DNA from: a bacterium
Lineage (GTDB): Bacteria > Cyanobacteriota > Vampirovibrionia > LMEP-6097
Direction: 5' to 3'
Assembly: GCA_038146805.1 (NCBI GenBank)
Contig: JAYQSH010000003.1
Location: 117,807 to 181,806 of the forward strand
DNA: 64,000 nt
Numbering within the stretch: the stretch's first letter is position 1; every line of letters begins with the position of its first letter. The notes under the pieces are model-generated. The model saw nothing but the letters and a program-made list of their open reading frames with translations, made no database searches and was not told where the DNA came from. The translations under genes and the position numbers were made by a program. Positions 60,956-64,000 of the stretch are shown one piece after another.

Positions 60956-61291
60956 TTACTTTGCCTGCGTTACCTCATAACCCTCACTTGGTCTTTTGTT
61001 TGCAACTACTATCGCAAAGAAAGTTGAAATTAAAGAAAAACCTAAACACAAACCCCAAAGCAAAGTAGAAATTCTATCTTGTTTACTTGGATCAATTTCA
61101 ATGCCAAATAAACCTGAAATCGCATTTATATACTTTAAGTTTTGCAAGGTACCTTCATCGAAATAACTAGTATCAGTACCAATCAACTCAAAGTAGTTCA
61201 TCAAGAAAAACATGAAACCAAAAAATGCCAAATTAAATAAAGCGACAAATAATGGAATATAAAATGATTTGATATCTTCTTTTGTAAACAT
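60956..61291 (-). CDS. small membrane protein (3 TM)
   Basis: Hydrophobic ORF tightly packed within the operon. Confidence 0.5.
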   Translation of the reverse strand: MFTKEDIKSFYIPLFVALFNLAFFGFMFFLMNYFELIGTDTSYFDEGTLQNLKYINAISGLFGIEIDPSKQDRISTLLWGLCLGFSLISTFFAIVVANKRPSEGYEVTQAK

Positions 61292-61294
61292 AAA

Positions 61295-61582
61295 CTAATT
61301 TTCCTTAACTTTAAACCTTTTATATAAACTATCAAATGGAGCAAAACTAACTCTAAGGTTGTCTTTTGCTTTTTCCTCTGAATAAATCTCAAAAGCCATA
61401 AAAAACAATGACCCAGCCAAAGCAAAAGCACAAAGAGCAATTACAGCATAAGCTGTAACTGTATCGCCGGCATTGAAATATTTATAAGAAGTAAAAAACT
61501 TAGTAATAGCTACAGTAGCAACTATAAAAGCAAAATAGAAAGCAAAATTTAATTTCTTTTTGTTTTGTTTTGTCGCTGACAT
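61295..61582 (-). CDS. small membrane protein (2 TM)
   Basis: Hydrophobic ORF tightly packed within the operon. Confidence 0.5.
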   Translation of the reverse strand: MSATKQNKKKLNFAFYFAFIVATVAITKFFTSYKYFNAGDTVTAYAVIALCAFALAGSLFFMAFEIYSEEKAKDNLRVSFAPFDSLYKRFKVKEN

Positions 61583-61584
61583 AG

Positions 61585-63087
61585 TTAAGCTTTTTGCTCC
61601 TCTATTTTTGCTTGAGTATTTTCATAAGCCCAAATAACAACCATTAAGGCAAAGAAACCACCATAAAAAATCCAATTACGACCCCAAGAACCATCCGCAA
61701 AAAATGTTTTATCTAATAAATTATTCAAAGGCAAACCAAAATAAGGAACTGTATGAATCCTAGATAAATAAAGCAATTGGAAAATAGTATAAACTAACAT
61801 TAATTTCCATCTGTCAATTTTTGCGTACTGTTTTTGTGACAAATATATTCCAATAGCAACAATCATAGTACTTCCAAAAATCCAGTACGGTGGGTCTGTA
61901 TTAATATTTGCGATATTTAGAATAATTAAAACAGAAAAAACAATTGCATTAATCGCACCCATAATAGACAAGCACATGACAATTGGTCTTCTGTGAATTT
62001 TAGTCTCTGGTGATCTATCAAAAAACGGCATCAACAATACAGTTGCTGGAATCAAAATAGTAACAAAAGTAGCAAGTACTGGTTCAATGTATTTGTACAT
62101 TTGATACAAAGCTAGAAAATACCAGTCAGAAAGAATTGGTAACGGAGTTACAGAAGGATTGGCACGAGCACCAAATTCTGCAGGGAAAATCATTGCTGCG
62201 GCAGCAATCATACCAATAACAAGAAAGCCTTCAATCCATGGTAGATTAAAACGTTTCTTTTTATTAGAGTAAAAATATAATTCAACAATAATTAGACCAA
62301 TTGTTGAAAGTGCCATGTGCATTGAATAAAATCTGGTAATTGTTGCTTGTCCAATTGCAGAACCACCTAAAAGAATTTGTTGAGTAGTCATTCCTAAGTT
62401 AAAATTTATATACTCGTTTAAAAGCTTCATGTCCCACAAAATACCTCCGCCTTCTTCAACAGGAACAGCAGGTAAACTTGTTGGCACACCCCATTCAATA
62501 AGTTTGTTCACAATCGTTGCTCCCAGAAAGGCAAGATTTAATCCAAATTGATCCATGTAACCCGGGAAGGTAGCAAATACTTTTGTAGCCCAAAAAGCTC
62601 TTTGGTTCCAAATTAAAAGATATCCAGAAAGTCCAGAATAAAAACCAAGTAAGAGCAAAAAGAAACAAACCCAAAAATTAAGCTCACGCTTACCTTTATA
62701 ATCAGCGCAAATCACAATACGATAAATTTTCAAAGTACAAATAATGATAAAGGCATCAGCACCATACTTGTGCATGCCACGTATCAACCATCCTGTTGGA
62801 ATGTGGTCTTGAATATTCATGATACTTGAATAAGCCTGCTCAGCAGTTGGAATATAAAACATCATTAACACAGCACCGGTGACAATCGTTACAATCCAAG
62901 TGAGCCACTGTAAAGGACCAAGCTTATACCAAACATTTTCTTTTTGTTTATCAACAAAAGTTTCGTCAAAAAAATCAATATTTTTCAAGCGCGGCATTAC
63001 CATCTTGTTGATTACTTCATCAATAGAAGGCAACATTGAAAGTAAATTTGCAAGACCTTGTTTATCGTTTTTTATTTCAGCTGACAT
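61585..63087 (-). CDS. long cytochrome b homolog (b6 plus subunit IV plus extra C-terminal TMs) lacking both bH/bn His ligands
   Basis: [27 protein letters not shown] aligns with b6 [64 protein letters not shown] and [10 protein letters not shown] are also present. Confidence 0.75.
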   Translation of the reverse strand: [500 protein letters not shown]

Positions 63088-63692
63088 TATGAAATACCTC
63101 CAGACTCAAGCGAACTAATTACTATATCAGCACCCTCAATTTTGAAATTAAATTTAAATGGTGATCTTGGAGCAGGTCCAGACACAACTTTTCCACGCCC
63201 CTTTGTATCAGTTTGCATGGGGTCATACACTGATAAGTGACAAGGACAAGCAAAGACTTTTTGTCCGGGAAACGGAGTGTAGTTGTAACCAGCAGCAACT
63301 TCCGCTTCAACTGGAACAAAATTGAACACACAACCTAAGTGCGGGCATACTCTTGAAAAAACAACAAAGTTTGGAAAACCATCCATATCAGGAGTTCTAA
63401 CAACAGCACCCGGAATAGTTTTTATTTGCTCACCAACTGCAGTATATTCACGATTTGCTTCTTGGAACATAAAATATTTAAACGACCAAGCAGAAGGAAA
63501 ATCAGTCATTGAAAACTTAATTTGTTTTACTGGAGCTGGTTTATCAGGTCTTTTGAAAATTTCGGCAGTCGCTGTAGGACCCGAACTAGGCTTTAAAAAC
63601 CTAACAAAAGGTGAAGCAAAAATCGCAGCCAGTGTACCTACTACTGGGATTGCTAATAAACCTTTTACAAAATCTCTTCTATCAAATTTCAT
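63087..63692 (-). CDS. Rieske [2Fe-2S] protein with a Tat signal
   Basis: MKFDRRDFVKG, CPHLGC and CPCHLSVYD. TAATG overlap with the cytochrome b start. Confidence 0.85.
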   Translation of the reverse strand: MKFDRRDFVKGLLAIPVVGTLAAIFASPFVRFLKPSSGPTATAEIFKRPDKPAPVKQIKFSMTDFPSAWSFKYFMFQEANREYTAVGEQIKTIPGAVVRTPDMDGFPNFVVFSRVCPHLGCVFNFVPVEAEVAAGYNYTPFPGQKVFACPCHLSVYDPMQTDTKGRGKVVSGPAPRSPFKFNFKIEGADIVISSLESGGIS

Positions 63693-64000
63693 TTAATTAC
63701 CCTCACCTATAGATTTTTTGTACTCTTGTAATTTTTCACGCCCAAGATCTAATCTATCTTTTTCTTGAGTATGAGAGAACTGTCTAACATAACGAACTAA
63801 TTTCCAAATCATTTCTTCATCAAATTTGATTTTCTTATCAAAATCGTATCTGTTTTTCCAAGCAGGCATTGCTGTCCAAGGAATACCATACATTAATTCA
63901 TTGAAGAGTTTTTCATCTGTTCTGGTATAAAGTCTTTCTGTCATAGTAAAGTTTGCAGGCGGTGGATACAAAGACTTATGTAAGTTACCATCACCATGAC
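63693..64000 (-). CDS. c-type cytochrome, N-terminus outside window
   Basis: Frame continues upstream of the track start as (C)HGDGNLHKSLYPPPANF, the end of a CXXCH motif. MPAW-type Met ligand region IPWTAMPAWK. Confidence 0.65.
   Translation of the reverse strand, partial: HGDGNLHKSLYPPPANFTMTERLYTRTDEKLFNELMYGIPWTAMPAWKNRYDFDKKIKFDEEMIWKLVRYVRQFSHTQEKDRLDLGREKLQEYKKSIGEGN

Overview
AT-rich (about one third GC by eye), densely coding bacterial chromosome segment read with the standard code 11. The cell is diderm, since BamA-like, AsmA-like and MlaE genes are present. Most of the window is housekeeping: cmk, leuA, nuoB/nuoC, polA, secA, acs, glyA, dus, holB, purD, clpC, ftsH, alaS, hemN, murA, hemE, tRNA-Met(CAT) and tRNA-Asp(GTC). 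The cyanobacterial/plastid-like ClpC N-terminus, an isolated ndhK/ndhJ-type pair and b6-type cytochrome b suggest a non-photosynthetic relative of Cyanobacteria; this is inference only. Two loci are the best candidates for undescribed systems. (1) 59.2-64.0 kb, minus strand: a rewired Rieske/cytochrome b operon. It encodes cytochrome c, Rieske, a 500-aa cytochrome b that lacks both N-side (bH/bn) heme His ligands, two small membrane proteins, a second four-His cytochrome b fused to a 2x[4Fe-4S] ferredoxin domain, an MvhD/FlpD-like protein and an unannotated 40-aa TM peptide. (2) 5.2-11.5 kb: an orphan, minimal type IV secretion-like operon with pilin-like, VirB3/VirB4-like, VirB8-like and VirB6-like genes and a histidine-kinase-like ATPase. 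It has no relaxase, coupling protein, VirB11 or outer-membrane core. Its VirB4 gene is split at a T9-C-A7 tract carrying an in-frame A_AAA_AAG slippery heptamer. Other observations: a family of small helical proteins, one next to a glycine-zipper membrane protein and a wHTH regulator; a nucleotidyltransferase plus glycerol-1-phosphate-dehydrogenase-like pair; a dispersed 31-33 bp repeat family seen as a tandem pair, a solo copy beside an IS, and a 107-bp foldback; a decayed ISL3-family IS with target duplication near tRNA-Asp; and frameshifts in a sigma factor (5-bp tandem duplication) and in alaS (A-run). Most frameshifts sit in homopolymers, so assembly error must be excluded before any biological reading.
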